DNA of 55,545 nucleotides from Candidatus Roizmanbacteria bacterium GW2011_GWA2_37_7 (GTDB lineage Bacteria > Patescibacteriota > Microgenomatia > UBA1406 > GWC2-37-13), in contig LBTJ01000001.1 of the NCBI GenBank assembly GCA_000990445.1, positions 1 through 55,545 of the forward strand, written 5' to 3'. The notes under the pieces were generated by a model. The model made no database searches. It saw only the letters and a program-made list of their open reading frames with translations, and was not told the origin of the DNA. The translations under genes and the position numbers were made by a program. Shown piece by piece: positions 18,659 through 28,169 of the stretch. Within the stretch, counting starts at the first letter, position 1. Every line of letters begins with the position of its first letter.

Positions 18659-19050
18659 TTCAACTGTATTTATTATATCAAAATATATCATTATTTGTAG
18701 CACATATTTACTTTAAAACCTGTAATAATATTAGTATTTTTGTATAATGTTTGAACAATATATCATAGATATGTCATTATGAAAGCGTAGAGAAATAAGT
18801 GTTTTTCGTTTCTATTCTTTGCTAACGTACAAAATATGAGTCATATAGTACACAAAACAACTTTTATAATTCTTACATTTTAAGAGCGTCAGGTAGTGTG
18901 AAGTTCTTTAATAATTAGGGTTTATGTAAAGCTCCATGTTTATAAACCGGCATGCTGTCTTTTCTATAAGTTCTTTATTGTGAAGCCCCTACTTCTCTTT
19001 ATGCTTATGTATCTCTTTTTAGGTAGTATTTTGCCTGTTATAATTGATAC

Positions 19051-19558
19051 ATGAACACATATGTCCTTGATACAAATATATTATTTAATATGGAGGCGCA
19101 GTTGGGGTTGGGCAACTCAACAAAAGAAATTCTTGAAAACTTGGTAAAAATACTCCCCATTGCTCAAAAACAACAAGAAGTGGGACATTTCCATTTCTGG
19201 CGCTATTTTTAACACCCTGATTGATGATTATCGCTCCAGAGCGTATCGTGGAATGAAAGTTTCTGAAGAAGAAATAACCAAGACAGCCGAAATGTTTATG
19301 GGGAAAGAGGTACTGCCTCAAAAGGAATTTCAGATAACAATCGGCAAAATAGTCACCAGTTTGCGCGATCGATATCGAAACGCAACGCGTACTGGTACAA
19401 TCGACAGCCAAGCGGATTTTGATTTGATTATGATTGCAAAAGAATCTCAAGGCGCTTTAGTCACTACAGATGAAGGCGTCAAACTATGGGCTCGGAAGAT
19501 TGGGGTGACAGAGATGTCTTCTCAGGTTTTTGGAAAAAAGATGCGAGCGTATCTTTGA
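19051..19558 (+). pseudogene. HARP (protein-only RNase P, PIN-fold 'RNA ligase partner' family), frameshifted near 19183
   Basis: MNTYVLDTN from 19051; the second frame has RAYRGMKVSEE, LRDRYRNATRTGTIDSQADFDL and LVTTDEGVKLWARKIGV. Confidence 0.8.
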
Positions 19559-20165
19559 TATCTTTGAGTTTTCCTGATCCTTCTTTTTGTTCTATTTTGA
19601 TTGTAGCCGGCACGTCTTCCTCTTCTTCGTCGTCTGGGATCAGGTATGATAGTAGTTTGATCATTTTGTCGGTAAAGGCTAACTGTGGCCGTTCTTGAAA
19701 AACAATATGCTCTGCAAGAATCCTAACAATATCTTTTTTCACAATAGTATCAGGAACAACCAAATATGCATGCATATTATACGGCGGATGCGTCACCACA
19801 GTGAGTATAATAAAGCCAAATCTTTGACTAAAATAAAAGTGTGATAAAGCTTCCCACCGCATAGTAATACCGGCTGTTTCTATTCCAAACTTGGTAATTC
19901 TGTTTTCAATCTCAGGTGGTGGCGTGACAGTAAGGACATAAAATAAAAATAGTATCGACCAAATTGGAATGATAAGTATTCTGTCCCCAAGAAAAAAAAT
20001 AATCGCGGTTAAAAGAAGCGCTACTGCAAGATAGAATCGAAGCACATTCTTGCTTCTTTTTTTATATGCACGAAGCGGCGCCTTCCAACTGTATACGACT
20101 TGAGGATTGAGCGATGCTGGAAGTGGAGTTGCTTTTTGAAACAATGTTTCTTTCTGATCGTCCAT
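19479..20165 (-). CDS. Two-TM membrane protein with PH-like C-terminal region (DUF5673-like)
   Basis: YSWKAP, two TMs, ITKFGI...MRWEALSHF. Confidence 0.65.
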   Translation of the reverse strand: MDDQKETLFQKATPLPASLNPQVVYSWKAPLRAYKKRSKNVLRFYLAVALLLTAIIFFLGDRILIIPIWSILFLFYVLTVTPPPEIENRITKFGIETAGITMRWEALSHFYFSQRFGFIILTVVTHPPYNMHAYLVVPDTIVKKDIVRILAEHIVFQERPQLAFTDKMIKLLSYLIPDDEEEEDVPATIKIEQKEGSGKLKDIKDTLASFFQKPEKTSLSPQSSEPIV

Positions 20166-20310
20166 ACCTTATTGTTCTATGTTTTGTAAAGAAAGTCAAG
20201 TTTATTGTTGGTGTTTTTTTGTATGTTGGGAATACGTAATTCAAATAATAATCACCTTGTACTTTATCAACATAATAAATATAATTATTAGGTTACTAAA
20301 TAATTAATCT

Positions 20311-20784
20311 ATGCTTACATCAGCATTAAAAAAACTTGTTGGTTCTTCAACTGAGTTTGACAGTTACACTCTGCTGCGCCTTCAGGCCAAATCATATCGT
20401 TTAATTAAAAACAGTGTTTCAGAAACATTGAGTAGGCATGGATTATCTGTTCTTGACTGGAGTCTTCTTGGAATCCTTTTTCAAAAGCCTGAGGGAGGTC
20501 GGTTTGTTGAAATATCGCAGGAGATGGGAGTGGAACCGCCGTTTGTTACTGAGCTTGTGACAGTTTTGAAGAAAAAGGGTTTTGTTAAAATAGAAAATAA
20601 CCCTGAGGACCGGCGTGCAAAATACGTTTTGCTTTCAAAAAAAAGTACGGATAGTATCCCCTCAATTGAGCAAGAAATCAAAAATATTTTGTCTCAGTTG
20701 TTAGATGGAGTGTCTTCTTCTGAGTTTCGGGGCTATAAAACAACCATGGAAAAGATGCTGAAAAATCTCAATAAACACTCATAA
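20311..20784 (+). CDS. MarR family regulator
   Basis: LKKKGFVKIENNPEDRRAKYVLLS; palindrome TTATTAG-GTTA-CTAAATAA just upstream. Confidence 0.9.
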   Translation: MLTSALKKLVGSSTEFDSYTLLRLQAKSYRLIKNSVSETLSRHGLSVLDWSLLGILFQKPEGGRFVEISQEMGVEPPFVTELVTVLKKKGFVKIENNPEDRRAKYVLLSKKSTDSIPSIEQEIKNILSQLLDGVSSSEFRGYKTTMEKMLKNLNKHS

Positions 20785-20792
20785 ATTGTTTG

Positions 20793-22157
20793 TTATTGTT
20801 TATTTAGTTTATCTGCGATCTGATTTTGTTCCTGCGAAAGTTGCTCGTCGTCTTTGATCCATTGGTTTTGCTCTTTTGTCAACCATTTATTTGCCTCCAT
20901 TTGTTTTTCTATTTGTTCAAAGCGGGAAATTCGAATTGTAATAATTTCATTCATACGGTCAACGTCAGCTTTATTTTGTTGATAAAACTCCTGATAACTT
21001 GTTAAACGCTGCCATCCAGGACCAATTTCTTTCAATCGGTCAATTGCTTCCTTAAAAGACGCAATCTCACCCGATCCGTAGTTTGGAGGGATATATCCGG
21101 CAAGATGCTGTACAACAACTTGCACTGGACATTTGTTTAGTTCTCCCACAAACGTGCTTACGCCGATCTCATCATAGTCCTCATTGAGCAAAAAATCGCG
21201 TGCACCTGGCTGTTCTAAAAATGCATCAAAAAGCTCTTCTGCGTCATAGTAACCGAGCATTGGGAACTCTCCATACACAATGTTTGAGTATCCAACATCG
21301 TTCATCGCGTCCTTCATTGTATACCCGCTTTTACTGGCTTTTGAGTCAAACTCATTATAGGAAAGCATTGTTTCTGCCCGTCGTTTTGCTGATTGCTCTA
21401 ATTTTATTTGATAGTTTAAAGCGTCAAGGTCGTGTTGAACTCGCTCATTGTTTAAAAGTTTTAAATATAAATCAATATCAAATAACGACTCGTGCTCGGT
21501 ATCAAAATCATGGCCGGCATCTCTCCATTTCAAGCCATACTGTTCTTCCTGTTTCTCAAATGGAATGTAAAATAAAATATCTGCGATTGACACAAAGCCG
21601 ATCTGGCGTGAATCCATACTAATTTTGCGGTTATCTCCCAAAACAACTACCTTGTCTTCTGGTACTTTGATTGGTTTGCAGTCTTGTATTTCGGTTCCGC
21701 CAAATGTTGATCGCGGCTTTAAGGTATATTGTTCTTGTTTTTTTTGTCCGTTTACATATACAAAGCCGTCTTTAATTACTACAACATCCCCTTGTATTGC
21801 AATAACCCGTTTTACAAATCCAGTGACGTCTTTATCCTGCTTTTCAAGTTCTTTATGCGTTTTTTCATTTTCAAATACAACAATATCGCCTTTTTGTATC
21901 GACTGAGGGATAATTTTTTCAAATGCTTTGTTGTGATAATACCGCTGAAATGGGACACTCCCCTCTTCAGGAAGCGTTGGCAGCATTGAGGCGCCGGTAA
22001 CTGGCACCTTAACTGTCAAGATACCTATAGTCTGAAGCACAAACCAACCGGCAATCACTATCCCGGCGAGGAATGACATACGAAGGACAAAAAATAATAT
22101 ATGGAAAGGCCACGAAATAAGAATTTGATACCACAATGATGGATTTTTTTTTGGCAT
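20793..22157 (-). CDS. lepB: Signal peptidase I fused to a CAP/SCP-like domain
   Basis: GASMLPT, FVKRVIA, LGDNRKISMDSR; then LLNNERV...LEQSAKRRAETM...GE...LLNEDYDEIGV. Confidence 0.85.
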   Translation of the reverse strand: MPKKNPSLWYQILISWPFHILFFVLRMSFLAGIVIAGWFVLQTIGILTVKVPVTGASMLPTLPEEGSVPFQRYYHNKAFEKIIPQSIQKGDIVVFENEKTHKELEKQDKDVTGFVKRVIAIQGDVVVIKDGFVYVNGQKKQEQYTLKPRSTFGGTEIQDCKPIKVPEDKVVVLGDNRKISMDSRQIGFVSIADILFYIPFEKQEEQYGLKWRDAGHDFDTEHESLFDIDLYLKLLNNERVQHDLDALNYQIKLEQSAKRRAETMLSYNEFDSKASKSGYTMKDAMNDVGYSNIVYGEFPMLGYYDAEELFDAFLEQPGARDFLLNEDYDEIGVSTFVGELNKCPVQVVVQHLAGYIPPNYGSGEIASFKEAIDRLKEIGPGWQRLTSYQEFYQQNKADVDRMNEIITIRISRFEQIEKQMEANKWLTKEQNQWIKDDEQLSQEQNQIADKLNKQ

Positions 22158-22276
22158 GCGATTTTATTCCTGTGTAATTTGATATAAGTATAGCACCAGA
22201 GAACACGACAACCAACCGAACGATTGTTATTTATTTTTTTGAATGATCAAACAAAGACGTAGTATTATAAAAGAAT

Positions 22277-23254
22277 ATGAAACAAGACAGAAACACAACA
22301 ATAGACTTTTTGCGCGGTCTTGCAGTTTTTTTGATGATTTTGATTCATGCTACTGCATATTTTTTGGATAAATCCACTGTACGAATACTTTGGGACTATG
22401 CGCACTTTGCAGTGCCGCTTTTTGTTTTTTGCTCGGCATATATTACATTTCAACGGAAAGATGTAAAATTAATATCTGCATCTCAAACGCCAAAACGTTT
22501 GCGTCGACTTTTTATTCCGTATTATATTTTTGTGTTTTTTCTCATTTGTGTGTTTGCTCTTATCTTGCGCAAAGACGTTTCCTTTCAATTTATTCTTCAT
22601 TGGGTATTGTTGGGATCTGGCCGTGACGTAGGCTGGCTTGTCGTATTGTTTGTTTATATTCTTTTTTTGATTCCTCTTATTGTACGTATTTCAAAATTTC
22701 AATTGCCGGGAACTGTTGTAATGATAATCGTATGGCTTTCGCCGATTGTACTTCTGTTCTCCCCATATATTGAATCCTTTCGATTGATGATGTGGCTTCC
22801 CTGGTCGGCTTTTTTGGTCTTTGTTTATTGGTTTGTCCAAAATGAAGAGCATATATGGTTTCCTTGGTATATTATTGTTCTTTTTACTGGTGGATTTCTT
22901 ATATCGCGCTACATACTTCTTGCGACCAACCATACACTTATTTTTACAGAAAATAAATATCCTCCTAACTTCTATTATCTTTCCTATGGAATTGTAATGA
23001 CAACTGCCTTATATTATTTTCACCGCTTCTTGGCAGCCTACAATTTATTTGCAACTTGGTTGCAAAAGGTATTTAATTTTTTAAGTAGGCATTCATATTC
23101 GCTGTTTTTTATCCATTTCTTGTATGTGTATCTTTTGCAAGGTCTTGTTGATTACCGCCGTTTGCAATGGTGGGGATTTTTTGGAGTGATTTTTACTCTA
23201 TCTATTTTGACACAAATGATTATTAATAAGATGACGCGCTTGACGATATCATGA
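22277..23254 (+). CDS. Acyltransferase family 3 membrane protein
   Basis: IDFLRGLAVFLMILIH, AVPLFVFCSAY, RLRRLFIPY, SYSLFFIH. Confidence 0.85.
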   Translation: MKQDRNTTIDFLRGLAVFLMILIHATAYFLDKSTVRILWDYAHFAVPLFVFCSAYITFQRKDVKLISASQTPKRLRRLFIPYYIFVFFLICVFALILRKDVSFQFILHWVLLGSGRDVGWLVVLFVYILFLIPLIVRISKFQLPGTVVMIIVWLSPIVLLFSPYIESFRLMMWLPWSAFLVFVYWFVQNEEHIWFPWYIIVLFTGGFLISRYILLATNHTLIFTENKYPPNFYYLSYGIVMTTALYYFHRFLAAYNLFATWLQKVFNFLSRHSYSLFFIHFLYVYLLQGLVDYRRLQWWGFFGVIFTLSILTQMIINKMTRLTIS

Positions 23255-23276
23255 TATCGTGATACTATTTAAGCAT

Positions 23277-23516
23277 ATGAAAAAATTAGTGGCAACAAAT
23301 ATACGATTTCCGGAAGAAGAGCTGATTATGTATAAACGCATTGCCTTAGAAAAAGGGGAAAGTTTATCTAATTTTATCCGCGTAACAATCCGACAGAAGG
23401 TTAAATCGATTAAAAAACAGTCAATTAATAAAAGAGATCCTATTTTTAACATGAAACCTGGTCATTCTGGTATTTCGGATGGCGCCAAAAATCATGACAA
23501 ATATATTTATCGATAG
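23277..23516 (+). CDS. RHH/CopG-type antitoxin (VapB-like)
   Basis: TNIRFPEE...SLSNFIR; C-terminal SGISDGAKNHDKYIY; overlaps the PIN gene. Confidence 0.75.
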   Translation: MKKLVATNIRFPEEELIMYKRIALEKGESLSNFIRVTIRQKVKSIKKQSINKRDPIFNMKPGHSGISDGAKNHDKYIYR

Positions 23517-23907
23517 TGCGGCATTCAAGGCAGTATTTGATGTAAAAGACGACTTTCATTATTGCGCATGGGACTACTGGAACAAGATAGCTACAACTTC
23601 TTATAAACTCATCACAACAAACTACATCCTTGACGAGTCTTTAACATTATTTCGTGCGTATCTCGGTAAACAATATGCTCTGAACTTATATAAAAATATT
23701 TTTGACCATAATGATAAAATTTTATTGGAGCATATTTCTCGGGCAGATGAAGCGGAGGCATGGTCATATTTTGAAAAACTTCCAGGAAGAGGTGTATCCT
23801 TCACCGACTGCACTTCGTTTGCAGTAATGAAGCGACTAAGTCTGAAACAAGCGTTCACTTTTGATAAAGACTTTGAAAAAGCAGGATTCGACGTTGTACC
23901 CTTATGA
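23494..23907 (+). CDS. vapC: PIN-domain toxin
   Basis: IFIDSAAF, TTNYILDE, SFTDCTSF, AFTFDKDF. Confidence 0.9.
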   Translation: MTNIFIDSAAFKAVFDVKDDFHYCAWDYWNKIATTSYKLITTNYILDESLTLFRAYLGKQYALNLYKNIFDHNDKILLEHISRADEAEAWSYFEKLPGRGVSFTDCTSFAVMKRLSLKQAFTFDKDFEKAGFDVVPL

Positions 23908-23913
23908 TTGTGG

Positions 23914-25689
23914 TTATTTCCTTTCCACATTGAAAAGCGGTCCAACAATCTGAAGATTTGCTGGGGCGCGTAGATTAAACCAACCCTTAAATTCTTCTCC
24001 TCCGAAACTAAAACTACCTACGTCGCCATCACCACTGACAGTAGTTGTCTTTCCGCTTCCAAAATCTGCTGAAATTGACAAAGAATTAATGGTTTTGAAT
24101 GCAGAAGATCCAAGCTCTTGCCTAACTTTTTCAGGGCTCCAATTATCAGTTGAAGAACATCCTTTTGATGGGTCTGGTGAAGGTGCCGGCTTATCTGGTT
24201 GGTAAACATAACATGCGTTAGAAGAGTTTTTCCTTACTAACAAAATTACGTTAATAATGTCGGCAACTTCTTCGGGTCTTAACCAGGCTGTTTTATTGTA
24301 TTGCGGTCTTGATCCCCAGTCGCAATAAAACCAAGGAGAGTCTTTATCCCATGCGCGTTCATTTAATTCTGAAAAACTTCCTGCGTTTGTAGATGTGTCT
24401 TGAAAATGTTTTGTCCATGGTTTGTTTGATCCCCAAATCTCCCCAGATGTCCACGCATAACCTCCGTGAGTCGACGCATACCATGCTTTTACAACTTCGC
24501 CCGTATCATTTGAAACCATAACTTGGACTCCGTCACCACAAAAATTTTTAATTTCATTTACCGTTTCTTCCCATTTTCCGCCTTTATTATTACCTAGATA
24601 AACTTGACAATTTTGATTTGTACAAATTTCTCCGCCTCCCCCATCCGTATAAGCGTAAGCAAAAGATGCCGCTGCGACAACCTGGGCTTTTAATGCTTCG
24701 TATCCACCAGAGTCCCCCCATGTATTTGGCATTTCTCCTATACCTTTTAGGTATTCATATATTGGTTTTTCTCCATAGCCTTGTACTCTAATGTTGTTAT
24801 TTGGAAAATTGCGACACTCAAGTCTTATATTGTTATAATATGCATTTAGTATGGTTTCGTAATTTTGACCAGCCCTAGATCTGCCATATGCTCCAAATTG
24901 ATTCATACCCACTCTATGAACAGATCCGTAAGTATAAAAAGCATAACCTGGGCTAAATCCAGGATCAATATTACGATCGTCAATACAGCCTCCCGTAGAC
25001 AATCCGGCAGATCTTGGTAGATTCAATCCTGCTTGTTTTTGTGCAATAACTGCTTGTTGTTGTGCGGTTAATGATGCTATCTCTGACTTTAATGTTTGTT
25101 CATACTTTTTTGCGCTCAAAACTTCTCCCTCTAAAAACAATGATTGTTTTGCTATTTGCTCTTTGATGGGGATAAGCCGTACTTTTTCATCCTCAAGCTT
25201 GATCTTTTTTTCCTCAATATCCTTGACAAGAAGCACGACGCGGACAATAGTCCTGCGATCGTTGTTAAGGAGGTTTTGCTGATATCTGAACTGTTTTAGA
25301 AATGTTGTAAGGTTGTCTGATACCAATATTTGAAGAATGGCGTCTTGCGTTTTCCCTTTTTGTTTGTAAAATGACGCAACGCGCTCATCAAGAAGTTTTT
25401 TTTGAGCTATGAGTTTTTCTTCTCCTGCTTTGATGTCTTGCTCTTTTTGATCAATGTCTTTTTCAATTTTGACAACCTGCGCCTTGATACTTTCAAGTTG
25501 GGCTGTCAACGTAGTGAGTTGTTTTTCGTTTGTTGCTGTCGCTTGCTCTGATGACTTAAGAAAAGTAGTGAGCTCAGTAAGTTTTTTATTTATATCTTCA
25601 AGTTCGTCAGCGTTCACAGAAAACCTTACTGAGTTGCATCCGGCAACAAAAAATATAACCAAAATCACTATAATTAAAATCTTTCGCAT
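23914..25689 (-). CDS. Secreted coiled-coil protein with SpoIID/LytB domain
   Basis: Signal peptide, long coiled coil, HRVGMNQFGAYG, YLKGIGEMP, EALKAQVVAA, CQVY. Confidence 0.85.
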   Translation of the reverse strand: MRKILIIVILVIFFVAGCNSVRFSVNADELEDINKKLTELTTFLKSSEQATATNEKQLTTLTAQLESIKAQVVKIEKDIDQKEQDIKAGEEKLIAQKKLLDERVASFYKQKGKTQDAILQILVSDNLTTFLKQFRYQQNLLNNDRRTIVRVVLLVKDIEEKKIKLEDEKVRLIPIKEQIAKQSLFLEGEVLSAKKYEQTLKSEIASLTAQQQAVIAQKQAGLNLPRSAGLSTGGCIDDRNIDPGFSPGYAFYTYGSVHRVGMNQFGAYGRSRAGQNYETILNAYYNNIRLECRNFPNNNIRVQGYGEKPIYEYLKGIGEMPNTWGDSGGYEALKAQVVAAASFAYAYTDGGGGEICTNQNCQVYLGNNKGGKWEETVNEIKNFCGDGVQVMVSNDTGEVVKAWYASTHGGYAWTSGEIWGSNKPWTKHFQDTSTNAGSFSELNERAWDKDSPWFYCDWGSRPQYNKTAWLRPEEVADIINVILLVRKNSSNACYVYQPDKPAPSPDPSKGCSSTDNWSPEKVRQELGSSAFKTINSLSISADFGSGKTTTVSGDGDVGSFSFGGEEFKGWFNLRAPANLQIVGPLFNVERK

Positions 25690-25758
25690 ATTGTTTATTA
25701 TACATTGGGTCACTAATTCCGTATTTGAGTTTCCTACATTAATGTATACTTTCTTTAT

Positions 25759-26349
25759 ATGATTGCAGCGTTTCGGTATATTTTTTTGTTATTGTTATTT
25801 TTTATTTTTCTCCTCCCCACCCCCTCCTATGCAGTGCGGTATGCAGAATGTGATGCTTGTGGATACTGTATAGGAAAAGATGTGCCTGAGAGTTGGGATG
25901 CATGCAGGAAGTGCTTATATCCACAAATAACCAATGATGCGGACGATAATGAAACGCTTGAGATTATTACTGATCCAAATGATACACGACTTGATCCTGC
26001 CAAAAAAGCCTTAAATCAACCCATTCCTCCTGCAAAAGGAAGATACTATACCCAGCTTGGCTGTGTTGACACATCGCTTACATCATTCTCAGATCCTGCA
26101 GCTGCTGGCGGTGTATTAAACTTTATTCTTACAAAGCTCATCTTTCCATCAACAGGTGCGCTTGCTTTTCTCTTTCTTCTTTATGGTGCGTTCTTGCTCA
26201 TCACTGCACAAGGTGCAGAAGAACAGATTGCACGAGGAAAAAGATATATCACCGGAGCTATTGTTGGGCTTATCTTTACCTTTAGTGTTGTTTTAATTGT
26301 AAATATTATTGGAGGAGATATATTGAAGATACCGGGGTTGGACAGATGA
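25759..26349 (+). CDS. CPR-type pilin-like protein (VirB2/TrbC-like C-terminus) with Cys-rich N-terminal region
   Basis: TQLGCV...GALAFLFLLYGAFLLITAQG...GKRYITGAIVGL. Confidence 0.7.
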   Translation: MIAAFRYIFLLLLFFIFLLPTPSYAVRYAECDACGYCIGKDVPESWDACRKCLYPQITNDADDNETLEIITDPNDTRLDPAKKALNQPIPPAKGRYYTQLGCVDTSLTSFSDPAAAGGVLNFILTKLIFPSTGALAFLFLLYGAFLLITAQGAEEQIARGKRYITGAIVGLIFTFSVVLIVNIIGGDILKIPGLDR

Positions 26350-26380
26350 ACGCAGATCGCACTTTTAGAATAAAAATAAA

Positions 26381-27373
26381 TCAAAACACATAAATCAGTA
26401 AGATAATCATCAAACCAGCAATAAACATTGTGACAAGTAATGGCCTGTCTGTGGTTATGATTTTCTCTGGACGCTCTCCTTCTTCTTTTTCATATAATAG
26501 CTGTGCGTAGCGGGCTATACCATACACGACAAATGGAACAGTTAGCATCATAAGCTTGCGCGCTTCAAGATTTGAAAATGAAGATATTGACCGGATGATA
26601 TTATATTTTTCACACTCATTAATATCTTTTTGCTTTTCATAAATCTGTTTACAGATTGAGGCGCCGCCCCCATAAATTTGCTGTTGAGATGGATCTATGT
26701 AAAGTGTATATGTGTATAGGGCGTATGATACGATTGTCAGTGTCGCAAACGTTGTTGAAAGAAAATATAGCATATGGTTTTTGTAGCGGAAAAGTGATTC
26801 TCGTGTGTCGCGCCCATTGGCGACGAGTTCTGCATGGCGTTTGACAGAAGCCATAAAAAGAGAAACAAAAAATATAGTCATTAAAAGCCAAATCGGAACA
26901 TGATATCCCGTAACAACCACTCCGGCTAGGGTTCGAAGCACAAATGAAAATGAGATGGTAAAAATATCCACAACCGGATACCGCTTAAGGTATAAAGAGT
27001 AGTAAAAATGGAGAAGGAGAAAAATTAATGAAATAAAAAAGAATGATAATGAAAAGAAAAGCGATAGCAATAACGAAACAATAGTCATCACAAAAACCAA
27101 AAAAGTTGCTTGTGGTATGGTGATTGCCCCAGATGCAATGGGACGATATTTTTTCATTGGGTGTTTTTTGTCGTACTGATAATCAATAATGTCATTGAGG
27201 ACATACGAGGCAGACGACAGCAAACAAAACACAAAAAACGCATAGATGGTTTTCAATAAAAGATCAGGCTCAAAAAGCTTACCTCCAAATAAAATTGCGG
27301 CAAAAATAATGAAGTTTTTGATCCATTGATTTGCGCGGATTGCTCGGAGATACAACACAATTGTTGTTTTCAT
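26381..27373 (-). CDS. UbiA prenyltransferase (decaprenyl-phosphate phosphoribosyltransferase-like)
   Basis: RANQWIKN, YVLNDIIDYQYDKKHPMKKYRPIASG. Confidence 0.9.
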   Translation of the reverse strand: MKTTIVLYLRAIRANQWIKNFIIFAAILFGGKLFEPDLLLKTIYAFFVFCLLSSASYVLNDIIDYQYDKKHPMKKYRPIASGAITIPQATFLVFVMTIVSLLLSLFFSLSFFFISLIFLLLHFYYSLYLKRYPVVDIFTISFSFVLRTLAGVVVTGYHVPIWLLMTIFFVSLFMASVKRHAELVANGRDTRESLFRYKNHMLYFLSTTFATLTIVSYALYTYTLYIDPSQQQIYGGGASICKQIYEKQKDINECEKYNIIRSISSFSNLEARKLMMLTVPFVVYGIARYAQLLYEKEEGERPEKIITTDRPLLVTMFIAGLMIILLIYVF

Positions 27374-27403
27374 TTTGTTTAGATTATACATCATTTGCTG
27401 GTT

Positions 27404-27700
27404 CTATATGACGCGCAAGAGACGAAATAGAAGAAAGGTTAGGAAAAAAAATAGAATAACATGAAAAATCGGGATATAAAGAGTTAAAAAAATAGTAACA
27501 ACTGCAAGAATAAAAAATGCTTCATTATGGATTGCTGGTAAAAGTCCTTTGGTAAAAAGCATAAGGATTACCATGGTAAGCAAAACTTGTTTATCAAACC
27601 ACCAGATATCCCATCCAAAAAGGAGAGCAAACCCCAAAAGCAAACTTGCTATTATGAGAAAAATTTCTTTTGTGTCAAAGAAAAATGGACCGAAATACAT
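27404..27700 (-). CDS. Small hydrophobic membrane protein
   Basis: 98 aa, almost entirely hydrophobic. Confidence 0.7.
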   Translation of the reverse strand: MYFGPFFFDTKEIFLIIASLLLGFALLFGWDIWWFDKQVLLTMVILMLFTKGLLPAIHNEAFFILAVVTIFLTLYIPIFHVILFFFLTFLLFRLLRVI

Positions 27701-27746
27701 AGGATATTAATACAACTACATTTTATTGTATATTACTTTGGATTTA

Positions 27747-28154
27747 CTATTCAACAGGAACATACACTTTCACTGTTCTTCCATCTGATAAAACAAGAGT
27801 GTGAATTTCCAGTTTTGTTCCTTTTTCAATTTTTATATATCTCTTTTCATTTTCGCCGCCCTCAGACGCATACACGCCTTTTGCTATTGATGTGTAATTG
27901 GTTCCCTTTGGTGGAGTTGCTTGTGGGATTTTTGCAGTTTCCAGATGGTCTTTGAGCGTGGCGTCTTCTTGAATATTTCCAAGATAGGCAAAAACAGCTA
28001 TGGGGGATTTTTGAAGTGTTGACATAAAATCTGGATTTAGGGTTGGGGTGTTTGCCACAAAAACGTGCGGTGTTAAAGACCGCATAATACTAAATGAAAA
28101 AACCATTGATACTGCTATAAGAATGTATAATTTTGTTTTCTTTTTTTTGTGCAT
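27747..28154 (-). CDS. Hypothetical protein with N-terminal TM
   Basis: Open frame in a co-oriented run of genes. Confidence 0.65.
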   Translation of the reverse strand: MHKKKKTKLYILIAVSMVFSFSIMRSLTPHVFVANTPTLNPDFMSTLQKSPIAVFAYLGNIQEDATLKDHLETAKIPQATPPKGTNYTSIAKGVYASEGGENEKRYIKIEKGTKLEIHTLVLSDGRTVKVYVPVE

Positions 28155-28169
28155 AAAGGCGCTTAAATG

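Noticed and set aside
18660..19050. 390-bp AT-rich gap as a possible ncRNA
   Set aside because: No convincing stems or repeats seen.
20264..20300. dif-like TTATGTTGAT arm on the minus strand
   Set aside because: No XerC arm, close to oriC, and better explained as the MarR promoter and operator.
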